A stretch of DNA of 64,000 bases from Rhodospirillaceae bacterium. GTDB lineage: Bacteria > Pseudomonadota > Alphaproteobacteria > TMED109. The stretch's first letter is position 1. Every line of letters starts with the position of its first letter. The notes under the pieces are model-generated. The model had not been told where the DNA came from and searched no databases. It saw only the letters and a list, made by a program, of their open reading frames with translations. Location of the stretch: the NCBI GenBank assembly GCA_902615805.1, contig CACMQH010000001.1, positions 157,222-221,221 on the forward strand, read 5' to 3'. The translations under genes and the position numbers were made by a program. Of the stretch, positions 19,968-31,051 are shown one piece after another.

Positions 19968-21707
19968 TTAATTAGATATTATAAAATGCTTTCTTGCGGC
20001 ATGATCTTTAACGATAGCAGAAATAACATTCACTTTATGTAAGTCTTTTGAATTCTCTGGACTTTTTTCAATAAATCCTGACGATATTTTTTTATTTCTA
20101 ATACTTCTATAAATTTTATCCCAATCCTCAAATAACAGTCTTTCCTCGTTCTTGGAAATCCATCTTTTTCTTTTACTTCGGAGTGTATCCTTAAAGCTAT
20201 TAAGGGCATTAAATAAAGCGGTTTGAAGTTTTGACTGATGGGTTTCTTTTTTAAAAAATAAACTAATAAGAGATTTAAAATTTCCAAATATACTAGAGTT
20301 ATTCTTCTCTCTATAGAAAGTAAATAAAAAATAAACTTTATAAAATAAAAGTTTAAGTTTTGAAATATTTAAGCAGTATTTTTGAGATGGTACGATTGCT
20401 AGACTGTCTAAAATGTGGCTAAAATAACTTTTATTTAAAATAATTTTTCCTGAGTCAAATAAATTATTAAAAAGTTGAGTTCCAGGTAATGCCATATAAT
20501 AACCGACAGATAAATCTGTTACTCCTTGTCTTGCAAGCCTTTTAATAAATTTTATATTTTCTTTTAAATTGTTATTATTATCGTGAGGAAATCCTATAAC
20601 AATAAATACTGCAACGTTTAATCCTGATTTTGAAGCAGACTCAATACTGTTAAATAGATTTTCAGTTTTCATTCTTTTTTTAATAAATTTCCTTGTTTCT
20701 TCTGAACCAGACTCTGGAGCATAGGCCATACTGGTCATTCCTGACTTTTTAAGTAATTCTGCAATCTCATTATCTATAGCTTCAGATCTTGTACCTGTAG
20801 GTAATTGCCACGTTATATTTAATTTTCTATCTATTATTTCTTCGCAAAAAGTTTTAATCCAATCTTTTTTAATTATTGCTGTTAAATCTTGAAATGGGAA
20901 ATTTTTAGCATTAAATTTTTTTTTATAGAGTTCTATTTCATCAACCACCTTCAATGGATCTCTAGGTATCCATCTTGGCAACCACATATTAGGAGCAGAA
21001 CAATATGTACACTGATAAGGACATCCCCTAGTTGCTAATATAGGTACTGTAATACTATCGGAATACATTCCTCCCACAAATCTATTTTTATGATATTTTT
21101 TTACTTCAAAACTATCCCAATCTGGAATAGAAATTTCATCCAAATCTGTTCTTCTTTGTCTTCTAGAATTTATAAAAATATTATCATTAACCTTATATCC
21201 TAAACCTTTAATATCTTTTAAAGTCTTGTTAACTTTATATTGTGTGAGCATTAAATCTATAATAGTTTCTTCTCCCTCACCCATAACTATATAATCGGCT
21301 TTAGAAGTTGCTAGACAAAACTCTGGCATAGCTGATACGTGTTCGCCCCCTATAACAACTTTTTTATCAGGAAATTTATTTTTAATTAAATCAATTAATT
21401 TTACTACTAACGGCCACTCATGTGTAAAAACTACAGTTATTCCAATAAAATTGGTTAGACTACTAATTTTGTTAACTATTTGCTCAAAACTCTCGCCTAC
21501 TAAATAACCTTTGTAGTATCCTACTCTATTGTTTGGTTGATTACCTACTGCATCTATGACTTGAACTTTAAAATTTTTATTTTTTAAAGCTGCTGAAATA
21601 TAGGCCAAGCCAAGTGGCAAAGTTATAGAAGTAGTTGCAAACCTAAAAGCCTCTACAGCTGGAGGCCTTATTAGAGTAATGTCATAAAATTTACACTTTT
21701 TTAGCAT
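19968..21707 (-). CDS. Cobalamin-binding radical SAM protein (class B methyltransferase-like)
   Basis: PLGLAYISA, IGGEH, GEGE, TRGCPYQCTYC (CxxxCxxC), APESGS. Confidence 0.9.
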   Translation of the reverse strand: MLKKCKFYDITLIRPPAVEAFRFATTSITLPLGLAYISAALKNKNFKVQVIDAVGNQPNNRVGYYKGYLVGESFEQIVNKISSLTNFIGITVVFTHEWPLVVKLIDLIKNKFPDKKVVIGGEHVSAMPEFCLATSKADYIVMGEGEETIIDLMLTQYKVNKTLKDIKGLGYKVNDNIFINSRRQRRTDLDEISIPDWDSFEVKKYHKNRFVGGMYSDSITVPILATRGCPYQCTYCSAPNMWLPRWIPRDPLKVVDEIELYKKKFNAKNFPFQDLTAIIKKDWIKTFCEEIIDRKLNITWQLPTGTRSEAIDNEIAELLKKSGMTSMAYAPESGSEETRKFIKKRMKTENLFNSIESASKSGLNVAVFIVIGFPHDNNNNLKENIKFIKRLARQGVTDLSVGYYMALPGTQLFNNLFDSGKIILNKSYFSHILDSLAIVPSQKYCLNISKLKLLFYKVYFLFTFYREKNNSSIFGNFKSLISLFFKKETHQSKLQTALFNALNSFKDTLRSKRKRWISKNEERLLFEDWDKIYRSIRNKKISSGFIEKSPENSKDLHKVNVISAIVKDHAARKHFIISN

Positions 21708-21875
21708 ATCTTATAATATAAAAAAAAAATACTTGAGCAACAATAATTTGATGCACATAAAATTTTTAAAAATAATATATCAATTAAATTTTTTTCCTTA
21801 GAATTAAGAAGGCTTATTTTTGATTAATCTAAAATTTAATTTGAACTTTTACATTTTGAAGTTTTTAAAAATTAT

Positions 21876-22622
21876 TTATACTAATTCATATAGAGCAATG
21901 CTGGTAGCCTGTACTACATTTATACTATCCAGGTCGTTATTTTTAGTAGGAATTCTATATAGCAAATCACAACTTTTTCTTACTAAATGGCTTAATCCTT
22001 TACTCTCAGAGCCTATAATTAAAGCCTTTTTTTTATAGAATTGTTCCTGATTTTTTAAATTTATGCAAATATCTAATTTTTTTGATTCAAGTCCTAATAC
22101 CCACCAATTATTTTTTTTTAAATAATTAATAACATTAATAAGATTTTTAACTTTAAAAATATTTATTTTATCTAATGCCCCAGAGGCAATACTTGCGATA
22201 TAACCGTTTTCATCAGGCATATAACGATTAGGTATTATAACTGTATTAATACCAAATGCATAAGAGACTCTTAGTATTGCTCCAAAATTCATCGGATCAT
22301 TTAACTTATCAATAATTAATATAAGATCATTATTTACAGTAGAACAGTTAAGTAAAAATTGAGTTCTTGATAGTTTTTTTTCAACTAATAAAGCAACTCC
22401 CTGATACTTTGCTAAATTACCTATTTTTTTAATTATTAAAGATTTATGAGCAACTTTAATCTTAATATTTTTTTTTATTTTATTATTTTTACAAAAGTTT
22501 TCATAATAATCTTTTAAACTTTTATCAACTAACATTTCTTTTATATTTCTATCAGGGTTTAATATAGCGTTTTCAATAGCATATTTACTATACATCCAAT
22601 AATGATTTTTATTTTCTACCAT
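21876..22622 (-). CDS. rlmB: TrmH/SpoU-family rRNA 2'-O-methyltransferase (RlmB-like)
   Basis: YQGVAL, DPMNFGAILR, ASGALD, IGSESKGL, IP...DSINV (SPOUT motifs). Confidence 0.85.
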   Translation of the reverse strand: MVENKNHYWMYSKYAIENAILNPDRNIKEMLVDKSLKDYYENFCKNNKIKKNIKIKVAHKSLIIKKIGNLAKYQGVALLVEKKLSRTQFLLNCSTVNNDLILIIDKLNDPMNFGAILRVSYAFGINTVIIPNRYMPDENGYIASIASGALDKINIFKVKNLINVINYLKKNNWWVLGLESKKLDICINLKNQEQFYKKKALIIGSESKGLSHLVRKSCDLLYRIPTKNNDLDSINVVQATSIALYELV

Positions 22623-22840
22623 AAATAATTACCAAGTAATTTATAACACTATTAAATTTAAAAATGAAATATTTAAACTAAAGAAAATCAGCCATCTAAT
22701 TTAAATTAATTTCTTTGTAAAGTTTTCTTATTATATCTAGATTTAACTTTTATAAAATTACTTAAAAATATTTATAAGACTTTATTACTTTTTTTTTCTA
22801 TAACATTTTGTTTATAAAATTATGCTTAATTTTTTTTTAA

Positions 22841-23767
22841 ATGATGCTAGTGTTAATTATGTCTTTTAATAATTTGAAGAAGATTTATTCATTAATCACT
22901 GAAAAAGTTAAAAATAATGAATGCTATACTAAAGAGTGGAAAAATTTTTGTGCCATAGCAAAAAATTTAGAAAAAAATCCTCCTACAGCATTTGAAGAGA
23001 TTCATAATGTCTTAAATCGACTCAAGAAAAAAATGAATAAAAAAAATATTTTTATACTAGATCACGGATGTGGTTCAGGAATGACAGTAATTTATTTAGC
23101 AGCACTTGGTTATACAAAAGTTCATGGAATTAATGTAAATTTTGACGTAGCGTATTTAAATAAGATTCTTAAAGAGAAGTTTAAAATAAATAAAAAAAAA
23201 TTCTTTACCACAGATGGTAAAAAAGTTCCATTTAAGGATGAATATTTTGACTTTATTATTAGTGCTCAGGTAGTTGAGCATCTAAGAGAAGATGAAGTTT
23301 TTTTATATTATAAGGAAGAAGGGAGAGTTCTAAAAAAAAAGGGGTTTGCTTATCATGAAGTTCCTCATAAATATATACCTTTTGAGTCTCATTCCAGACT
23401 TTGGATTATTCATTTATTTCCATATTTCATAAAACCAATTTTGTACGGTGTAATTATGTCTGTAAGAAAAAAAGAAAATTTATTTTTTAAAGGGAGTTAT
23501 TATGCAAAATATTTTTCAAAAAATTTTTTAATATTAAGGTCACCTAGTTTTCATAAAAAGATGATAAAAGAGAATATTGGCAATTTTGAAGATTTAACTG
23601 TAAAAAGGCTCTCCAAGAAGACAGATTTCTCTTCTTATGATAATGATAGCCCTTTAGGTTTAAGAAAACTAATTCAAAAAATATTTTTATTTCCTTTAAT
23701 CGGAAGACCTCTGGTATTTATTTTTAAAAATTTATTCATCTTACAAACCATATCAATAAAAAATTAA
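22841..23767 (+). CDS. Class I SAM-dependent methyltransferase
   Basis: LDHGCGSG, PFKDEYFDFIISAQVVEHL, RVLKKKG. Confidence 0.88.
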   Translation: MMLVLIMSFNNLKKIYSLITEKVKNNECYTKEWKNFCAIAKNLEKNPPTAFEEIHNVLNRLKKKMNKKNIFILDHGCGSGMTVIYLAALGYTKVHGINVNFDVAYLNKILKEKFKINKKKFFTTDGKKVPFKDEYFDFIISAQVVEHLREDEVFLYYKEEGRVLKKKGFAYHEVPHKYIPFESHSRLWIIHLFPYFIKPILYGVIMSVRKKENLFFKGSYYAKYFSKNFLILRSPSFHKKMIKENIGNFEDLTVKRLSKKTDFSSYDNDSPLGLRKLIQKIFLFPLIGRPLVFIFKNLFILQTISIKN

Positions 23768-23880
23768 ATATAAGTATTCTTTTTTAAAGTTTTAACAGTT
23801 ATATATGATTTATCATTTTAAAAGAATCATTTGTATTTTTAAAATTTTGCTAATATTATGTTTTACAAAATAACTTAAAA

Positions 23881-25626
23881 ATGAATATTTTATCGATCAA
23901 TCATGGTATAGGTCCTTCCATTTGTCTTTTAAAAGATGGCAAGGTTATATTTGCTATTGAAGAAGAAAGGCTCAATCGGGAAAAAAATACTATGGGATTC
24001 CCAAAACTAGCTTTACAACTTGTAAGCAAGGAACATAGCAATTTTATAAAGTCTGTAAATATAGTAGCAGTCGCAAACCATCATTTTCTTGAGGATAATA
24101 AAACAAAATTTAGACAGAAATATTATGATAATTTTTATGGCAAATCATTTCAAGATAGATTGTTAGATTTTGCGTGGGTTATAAAAAAAAAAATTAATTT
24201 TCTTCTTAAAAGAAAAAAAAATAATAATGAACAAATTGCTGTTAAAAATTTAACACTGAAATACTGTAAAAATTTAAAAAAAAATATTAACTTTAATTTT
24301 TTCAAACACCATGATTGTCATGCTGCTGCAGCCTACTATGGTCTAGCAAGAAGTTTTGATAAACCATATCTTGTTCTTACATTAGATGGAGGGGGAGACG
24401 GAGAAAATGCTACTGTACAAATAGGTCAGTTTGGGAAATTGAAAAGATTATCTTCTACTCCTTCGGGAAATAGTATTGGAAACCTTTATTCAATAACAAC
24501 TTTTTTATTAGGCCTTACACCTCATGAACATGAATATAAATTAATGGGGTTATCAGCATACGTTCCTCATATTTATAAAAAAAAATCTGCTAGAATATTT
24601 TCAAAATATCTTAATTTAGATAAAGATAATAATCTAAATTTTAAAGCAGCAGAAAATATAAAAACAAATAAAATACATAAACTGTTGTTTAAAGATTTTG
24701 AATTAGAAAGGTTTGATAATATAGCAGGAGGATTACAGTTATTTACAGAAGAATTAGTAACTAAATGGATTAAAAATTGTATAAAACAAACAGGGATTAA
24801 GGATATTTTATTATCTGGAGGTGTGTTCATGAATGTAGTTATGAATAAAAAAATATCTGAAATGAGCGAAGTGAATACTGTTGATGTTTTTCCTTCTTGT
24901 GGTGATGAGACAAATTCCTTTGGAGCAGCTTTTTTATTAAATGGGATGTTAGCAAAAAAATTGCCAAGTTTTAATAGCTTTATGCTAGGGTCATCTACTT
25001 CAATCAATAAAAAAATAATAAACAAATATAAAAATAAATGTTTTTTTTTAAAAGTTAAAAATACTGATTTAGCTGCCGCAAAACTTTTGGCTAAAGGAAA
25101 AATTATAGGAAAATGTGATGGGCCAATGGAATTTGGTGCAAGAGCTCTTGGAAATAGATCTGTCTTGGCAGACCCTAAAATTTTAGATGCTGTAGAAAAA
25201 ATAAATGCAAGTATTAAGCAAAGGGATTTCTGGATGCCTTTTGCTCCCGCAATTCAAATTGATGAATCAGAAAAATATGTAAAAATACCAAAAAGTTTAA
25301 AATTTAAGAAAAACCCTTCTCCATATATGATGTTTGTAATGGACAGTATAAAAAATAAACAAAGTGATATGATAGCTGCTTTACATAAATTTGATAAAAG
25401 TGCCCGCGTAGAAATTGTTGATAAAATTCATGCCCCAAAACTATATAGTACTATTAGTTATTTTAAAAAATTAACAAAAAGAGCATGTCTATTAAATACA
25501 AGTTTTAATATACATGGTTTTCCAATAGTAAGAACTGCTGAGGAAGCAATTAAAGTTCTACTTGATAGTTCTTTAGATGCATTAGTAGTAGAAGGATATA
25601 TTATTACTAAGCGAAAAGAAAAATGA
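23881..25626 (+). CDS. O-carbamoyltransferase (NodU/CmcH family)
   Basis: EEERLNREK, HHDCHA, DGGGD, EYKLMGLSAY, GGVFMN, EFGARALGNRS, LNTSFNIHGFP. Confidence 0.93.
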   Translation: MNILSINHGIGPSICLLKDGKVIFAIEEERLNREKNTMGFPKLALQLVSKEHSNFIKSVNIVAVANHHFLEDNKTKFRQKYYDNFYGKSFQDRLLDFAWVIKKKINFLLKRKKNNNEQIAVKNLTLKYCKNLKKNINFNFFKHHDCHAAAAYYGLARSFDKPYLVLTLDGGGDGENATVQIGQFGKLKRLSSTPSGNSIGNLYSITTFLLGLTPHEHEYKLMGLSAYVPHIYKKKSARIFSKYLNLDKDNNLNFKAAENIKTNKIHKLLFKDFELERFDNIAGGLQLFTEELVTKWIKNCIKQTGIKDILLSGGVFMNVVMNKKISEMSEVNTVDVFPSCGDETNSFGAAFLLNGMLAKKLPSFNSFMLGSSTSINKKIINKYKNKCFFLKVKNTDLAAAKLLAKGKIIGKCDGPMEFGARALGNRSVLADPKILDAVEKINASIKQRDFWMPFAPAIQIDESEKYVKIPKSLKFKKNPSPYMMFVMDSIKNKQSDMIAALHKFDKSARVEIVDKIHAPKLYSTISYFKKLTKRACLLNTSFNIHGFPIVRTAEEAIKVLLDSSLDALVVEGYIITKRKEK

Positions 25627-26885
25627 AGTCTGGTTTTGGTAAAGTTAGAATTAACGTTATTAAGAAAATTAAATTAACAGGCATTGAAAATAATAGAATA
25701 AGCGAAGGTGTGCTTGATCCCCTTTATGCTAGATCAATCGTAATAGAAGATAAAAATAAAAATATAATTATTTTTTTGTCATTAGATTTGCTTTTTGTTG
25801 GAAAAAAACTTTCAAAAGTTATTAAAGAAGAAATTTTTAAAAAATATAAAACGCATAGTTCTAATATATTAATTAAAGCTACACATACTCATAGTGCCCC
25901 TAAAACCTGCGAACAATTTATTGATGGTATTGATATAGAAAATAAATTTTTTAAATATGTTGAAAAAAGTAGCATTTCCGCTGTAAATAAAGCTATCAAA
26001 AATAAAAAGAAATGTAAAATTGAGCTTTATGATATTCCAAATTTTCCTGCTGTAAATAGAAGACTAATAGTGCCTAAAATTTTAAGACTTTACCCAGGTT
26101 ATTATAAAAAAAAATGCATAAATAGGCCTAATAGAAAAAGAGTAAGTGATACTAGTTGTAGAGCTATTAAGTTTTGCTTATCTGATAATAGTTACTTTTG
26201 GTTGTTAAATGCTACTGCCCATTGTACGGTATATAATGGAAACAAAATTAGCAGTGACTACCCAGGTTATATTGAGAAATATTTATTAAAACTATCACCA
26301 AAAAATAATTGTAAAGGCTTATTGTTTTTACAAGGCTGGGCAGGTGATCAAAACTGTGATGTTACAAAAAAAGTAAAATTAAGAAAAAACCCGATAAGTT
26401 TTTTGGAAAAATTTTTTATTAAGGAATTATTTAATAGATCTTCTTCGCAATCAAACTTAAATGAAATAGGAAAAAGTATAGCTGAAAAAATTTTAAGAAG
26501 TCATAAAGTAAAGAATTTAATTATAAATAAAATAGTTACAAAACATATAAAAATAAATCTACCGTTAGAAAATAAGATGAGTGTTTCTCTTAGTATTAAA
26601 TATTTTAATTTTGGCGAAATTAAATTTTATATCATAAATGGAGAGCCACTTTCTAATTATAGAGAATTGCTATTAAATGCCCTACAAGAAACGTCAAAAT
26701 ATAATATTTTTACTGTCGGCTATTCAGATCATCCTATTGGGTATATACCAGACAAACAGGCTCTAAAAGAAGGTGGTTATGAAACGGATAGATCATTGAA
26801 GTTTTTTGGTCTAAGGTCAAGATTTTCTAAAGAAATAGAATACAATATCTTAAAATGTTTTAAAAATATTGAAAATAAAATATGA
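25623..26885 (+). CDS. Neutral/alkaline ceramidase-fold amidohydrolase-like protein
   Basis: DPLYARSIVI, ATHTHSAP, TAHCT, ISSDYPG, FLQGWAGD, GYIP...EGGYE. Confidence 0.75.
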   Translation: MKSGFGKVRINVIKKIKLTGIENNRISEGVLDPLYARSIVIEDKNKNIIIFLSLDLLFVGKKLSKVIKEEIFKKYKTHSSNILIKATHTHSAPKTCEQFIDGIDIENKFFKYVEKSSISAVNKAIKNKKKCKIELYDIPNFPAVNRRLIVPKILRLYPGYYKKKCINRPNRKRVSDTSCRAIKFCLSDNSYFWLLNATAHCTVYNGNKISSDYPGYIEKYLLKLSPKNNCKGLLFLQGWAGDQNCDVTKKVKLRKNPISFLEKFFIKELFNRSSSQSNLNEIGKSIAEKILRSHKVKNLIINKIVTKHIKINLPLENKMSVSLSIKYFNFGEIKFYIINGEPLSNYRELLLNALQETSKYNIFTVGYSDHPIGYIPDKQALKEGGYETDRSLKFFGLRSRFSKEIEYNILKCFKNIENKI

Positions 26886-28240
26886 ATTTTAATTCTATAG
26901 CCTTTTTATTAATTTTTTTACCACTAGTATGGATTATTTTTATAAAAATTAAAAAAGATCTACGTCTATTAGTTCTATTAATTTCTTCTTTAATATTCTA
27001 TTCTATATCGGGTTTAATTCCACTTATCTTTATGATAATAGCTATCCTAATTGGATTTTATGTAGCCCTATTTAATAAAATTGAAAAAAAATTTTATTTA
27101 TTTTTATCAATTTTTCCTCCTCTGATAATTTTGTTTCTATTCAAATATTTAAACTTTGCACTAGACATTGTAAATGCTAGTTTAGATATTAGAAGTTTTT
27201 TTTACTTCTTTTTATCGGTTACTCTTCCTGCTGGTATTTCTTTTTATACATTTCAAATAATATCCTATAATATTGATGTTCATACAAAAAAAGTAAAAAA
27301 AGAAGATAGCTTTTTAAAACTTGCAACCTACATAAGCTTATTTCCGCAATTAATTGCAGGACCAATATTAAGGTACTCTCAAATGGTAGAACAACTTAAT
27401 ACTATTCTAGTTAAGCAAAAGCTACAAATTGATTATAAAAATGCTTTTAAATATTTATCTTTTGGTTTAGCTGGGAAAGTTTTTGTTTCAGATTTGATGA
27501 ATTTACTTATTAAAAATAAAAATGCATATGATATTTCTATTGATGCTACAAAGTTAGATATATTTTTTTTAATAAACGCTTACTCAATAAGAATATTTTT
27601 TGACTTCTGGGCTTATAGCTTAATGGCTATTGGAATAGCTAAACTTTTTAGTCTTAATTTGCCAATAAACTTTAAAGAACCCTATCAAACTAAAAACCCC
27701 AAGGATTTCTGGAGATGTTGGCATATAACTTTATCTTTATGGTTAAGAGATTATGTTTATATAAAGTTAGGCGGAAATAATAATTATACGAGAAATATAA
27801 TAATTGTTTTTTTGGTTTGTGGTCTATGGCACGGAGCAGGTTGGTCTTTTATACTTTGGGGAGGATATCATGCAATATTAGTAATAATTTATCATTACTC
27901 AAAAAATTACTGGAATAAACTAAACATTTTTTTTCAAGTGTCTATTACTTACCTACTAATTTCTATAGGTTGGCCACTTTTTTTTATGGATATCTCTGAA
28001 TATATTGAAATGATGTTAGTATTTTTTAAAGAATCAAATTCTATAGGTATTTATTCATTAAAGCACTGGGTTTTTTTATTACCTATTTTAGCATGGATAT
28101 TTTTTAGTAAAGAAAAAACTTGGTTATATAATGATAAAAAAAACTGGTTTTTTGACAGTCCTGTATTGCATAGTATTTTATTATTTTTTTCTTTGATTTT
28201 CTCAAATTATAGTGAAACATTTATATATTTTAGATTTTAG
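26882..28240 (+). CDS. MBOAT O-acyltransferase (AlgI/PatA/DltB family)
   Basis: LPAGISFYTFQ, FPQLIAGPI, FWRCWHITLSLWLRDYVY, GLWHG, C-terminal FIYFRF. Confidence 0.95.
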   Translation: MNFNSIAFLLIFLPLVWIIFIKIKKDLRLLVLLISSLIFYSISGLIPLIFMIIAILIGFYVALFNKIEKKFYLFLSIFPPLIILFLFKYLNFALDIVNASLDIRSFFYFFLSVTLPAGISFYTFQIISYNIDVHTKKVKKEDSFLKLATYISLFPQLIAGPILRYSQMVEQLNTILVKQKLQIDYKNAFKYLSFGLAGKVFVSDLMNLLIKNKNAYDISIDATKLDIFFLINAYSIRIFFDFWAYSLMAIGIAKLFSLNLPINFKEPYQTKNPKDFWRCWHITLSLWLRDYVYIKLGGNNNYTRNIIIVFLVCGLWHGAGWSFILWGGYHAILVIIYHYSKNYWNKLNIFFQVSITYLLISIGWPLFFMDISEYIEMMLVFFKESNSIGIYSLKHWVFLLPILAWIFFSKEKTWLYNDKKNWFFDSPVLHSILLFFSLIFSNYSETFIYFRF

Positions 28241-28241
28241 T

Positions 28242-29381
28242 ATGAAAAAAGAAAAAAAAATATACCTTATATATTTCTTTATTGTTTTTTCTTTTTTCAT
28301 TTTACTGTGCATTTATGCTAAATATAATATAAAAGATTTCAGGAAAGAGTTTATTAACTTTGATTTATTAAATGAAAACCAAAGAGTTATTTTGAACGGC
28401 TTATCAAGAGAACAAATTGGTCAAATGAAAATAAGTTATTTGGAAAATAGAAAGATACCTGATATTGGAATATTTGGAAACCATCAAATTCAATATTGGC
28501 ATGATGAAAGTTTTAAAAAGGCAAACTATGATGGTAAGGTATTTAATTTTTGGTTCGCAAATCTATCAATTACTGATTTTGTATATTATTTAAGCTGGCT
28601 AGAGAAAAGAAGCTTGCTTCCTAAAGAGAAAATAATTATACAAATGACAACACCAAATAATGATAATGGAAACTTTATTGTGGGTTCTAGTAAAGAACTT
28701 CCTCTATATATCCTTAAAAGTACAGAAGATGATAACTCTAATGTCATAATTAAAATATTGGAAAAATTTTATTTATACCCTCAAGTCTTCTATACTTGGA
28801 TAAAAAAAACCTTTGATTACACTACATTATTGATTGGTTTACTAAATAATAACGAAAACGGACGTATTTTAAATATTTCTGATTGTAAAAATAATCAAAA
28901 CAATATTACTGTATCAAAATATATTCCTTCATTAATAACAAAAAATCTCACTTTTTTTACTAGCAATAAGTTTTGTAAAAAAGAAGACTTTAAAGGCACA
29001 ATGCTTAAAGACGGCTCAATTGATGATACAGGATATGACAATGTTGCAAAACTTAATCAAAATCCATTAGATAATTCTGAGCTTCATCTTAACCAAGGAG
29101 ATTCAAAAATACTTAAAAAAGAATTAAATACTATCATACAACTAGCAGAAAGAAATGCCTTAAAGATTGTTATTCTTATACCTCCTGTTTATGAAGTGGA
29201 AAGATATAGTATTGTTAACCAAATAGTAGATAATGCCTTAAAAGATATACCTGAAAAATTTATTATAGACCACAGAAGGCTATATTTAAGCAGAGATTTT
29301 TTTATAAATTATGATCATCCAAATAAAAAATACTTTGATAAAATATCAAAAGAAATTTTAAATAAGATAAAATTAAATTAA
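28242..29381 (+). CDS. Membrane-anchored SGNH/DltD-like partner of the MBOAT
   Basis: N-terminal TM segment, GIFGNH in the block-I position, LIPP, C-terminal FINYDHPN. Starts 1 nt after the MBOAT stop. Confidence 0.6.
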   Translation: MKKEKKIYLIYFFIVFSFFILLCIYAKYNIKDFRKEFINFDLLNENQRVILNGLSREQIGQMKISYLENRKIPDIGIFGNHQIQYWHDESFKKANYDGKVFNFWFANLSITDFVYYLSWLEKRSLLPKEKIIIQMTTPNNDNGNFIVGSSKELPLYILKSTEDDNSNVIIKILEKFYLYPQVFYTWIKKTFDYTTLLIGLLNNNENGRILNISDCKNNQNNITVSKYIPSLITKNLTFFTSNKFCKKEDFKGTMLKDGSIDDTGYDNVAKLNQNPLDNSELHLNQGDSKILKKELNTIIQLAERNALKIVILIPPVYEVERYSIVNQIVDNALKDIPEKFIIDHRRLYLSRDFFINYDHPNKKYFDKISKEILNKIKLN

Positions 29382-30497
29382 TTTATAAGCTTTTTTTAGA
29401 TTTAATATTATGTATTCTTTTTGAGAATTAGATAAAAAAGAGTGAATAGGAATACTTAATACCGTTTTGGACAGCTTTAAAGAGTTTTTTAAGACATTTT
29501 TATATTTATTATATTTTCTATATGCTGGCTGCATATGCATAGGTACCGGATAGTAAATCATCGTGGGAATAGACTTATCATTTAAGAAGTTTAAAACTTT
29601 ATCTCTATTTCTTGTTCTAATAGTGTACTGTGCCCAAGCTGAAGAAGACCCTTTAGGAATTTCTGGTATATGATAATATTCTTTCAATTCTTTGTTATAT
29701 AAATTAGCATTTTTATTTCTTTCTTTTAATTCCCAATTAAATATTTTTAACTTAGCTAATAAGATCGATGCTTGTATACTATCTAACCTAGAGTTCAGTC
29801 CTATTTCTGATATTTCATACTTAGACTTTCCTTTACCATGCGCTCTTAAACTTACTAACTTTTCACTAATTACCTTGTTGTCAGTAAATAAAGCACCCCC
29901 ATCTCCATAACAACCAAGAGGTTTTGCTGGAAAAAAAGATGTACACGTAATTTTTGTTAATGACCCTACTTTTTTATTATTTAAACCTCCTCCAAAACTT
30001 TGAGCTCCATCTGCAATAATATTTATTTTATATTTTTTTGAAATTTTATTAAGTCTTGTATAATTTGCTGGCAAACCAAAAAGGTCTACAGCTATTATAG
30101 CTTTAATTTTATTTTTTTTATAATCCTTCTCTAGTATTTTTTCTAATTCCTTGTAACAAATATTAAAAGTATCCAAGCCTACATCTACAAAGTATGGTTT
30201 AGCTCCAGTAATTAATATCGCTTCTGCAGTAGCAGGAAATGTAAAACTTGGACAAATTACAATATCATTTGTACCTATATTAAGTGACATTAAAGATAAT
30301 ATTAAAGCATCTGTTCCGCTGGCACAAGTAACACAATATTTGGCTTTTGTGTATTTTTGCAACCTGAGCTCAAGTTCTTTTACTTCCGGTCCCATTATGT
30401 ATTTAGAATGCTCTAATACTTTTTTAATATTTAATTCAATTGTATTATTTAATCTATCTTTTTGACTTTCTAAATCTAAAAATTTTATTTTTTTCAT
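29373..30497 (-). CDS. DegT/DnrJ aminotransferase, WbpE/WlbC-like
   Basis: [41 protein letters not shown]. Confidence 0.92.
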   Translation of the reverse strand: MKKIKFLDLESQKDRLNNTIELNIKKVLEHSKYIMGPEVKELELRLQKYTKAKYCVTCASGTDALILSLMSLNIGTNDIVICPSFTFPATAEAILITGAKPYFVDVGLDTFNICYKELEKILEKDYKKNKIKAIIAVDLFGLPANYTRLNKISKKYKINIIADGAQSFGGGLNNKKVGSLTKITCTSFFPAKPLGCYGDGGALFTDNKVISEKLVSLRAHGKGKSKYEISEIGLNSRLDSIQASILLAKLKIFNWELKERNKNANLYNKELKEYYHIPEIPKGSSSAWAQYTIRTRNRDKVLNFLNDKSIPTMIYYPVPMHMQPAYRKYNKYKNVLKNSLKLSKTVLSIPIHSFLSNSQKEYIILNLKKAYKLI

Positions 30498-31051
30498 TTT
30501 ATTCTAATTAATCTATTTTTTTTTAACTTATACTCTTGATTTGTTAGAGGACATATTAAATCTTTATTAAGTTTAGCACCACTTTCTGAAATCCAGCCTG
30601 CTCTTCTTGCTGGATTACCAACCACGAGTGCGTAGTCCTCTACATCTTTAGTAACAACTGCCCCCGCACCTATTAGAGCATACTTGCCTATTTTTACACC
30701 GCAAATAATTGTAGAATTAGCACCGATTGATGCTCCATCACCTACTACAGTTTTTTTAAACTCTTTTTTTCTTTTTATAAATGCTCGTGGATTAATCACA
30801 TTGGTAAAAACACATGAAGGCCCACAAAAAACATTATTACCCAATTCTACGCCTTCATAAATAGAAACATTATTTTGTATTTTACACCCTTCTCCTATTT
30901 TAACTTTTGGCCCTATCATTACATTCTGTCCAAGGATACAGTTATTTCCAATTTTAGTTCCAGATAAAATGTGGCTGAAGTGCCATATATATAAATTTGT
31001 TCCTAACTCTACGTTTTTATCTACAAAAGAACTTTTGTGTATAAAATTCAT
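30494..31051 (-). CDS. Hexapeptide N-acetyltransferase, WbpD/WlbB-like
   Basis: [41 protein letters not shown]. Confidence 0.93.
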   Translation of the reverse strand: MNFIHKSSFVDKNVELGTNLYIWHFSHILSGTKIGNNCILGQNVMIGPKVKIGEGCKIQNNVSIYEGVELGNNVFCGPSCVFTNVINPRAFIKRKKEFKKTVVGDGASIGANSTIICGVKIGKYALIGAGAVVTKDVEDYALVVGNPARRAGWISESGAKLNKDLICPLTNQEYKLKKNRLIRIK

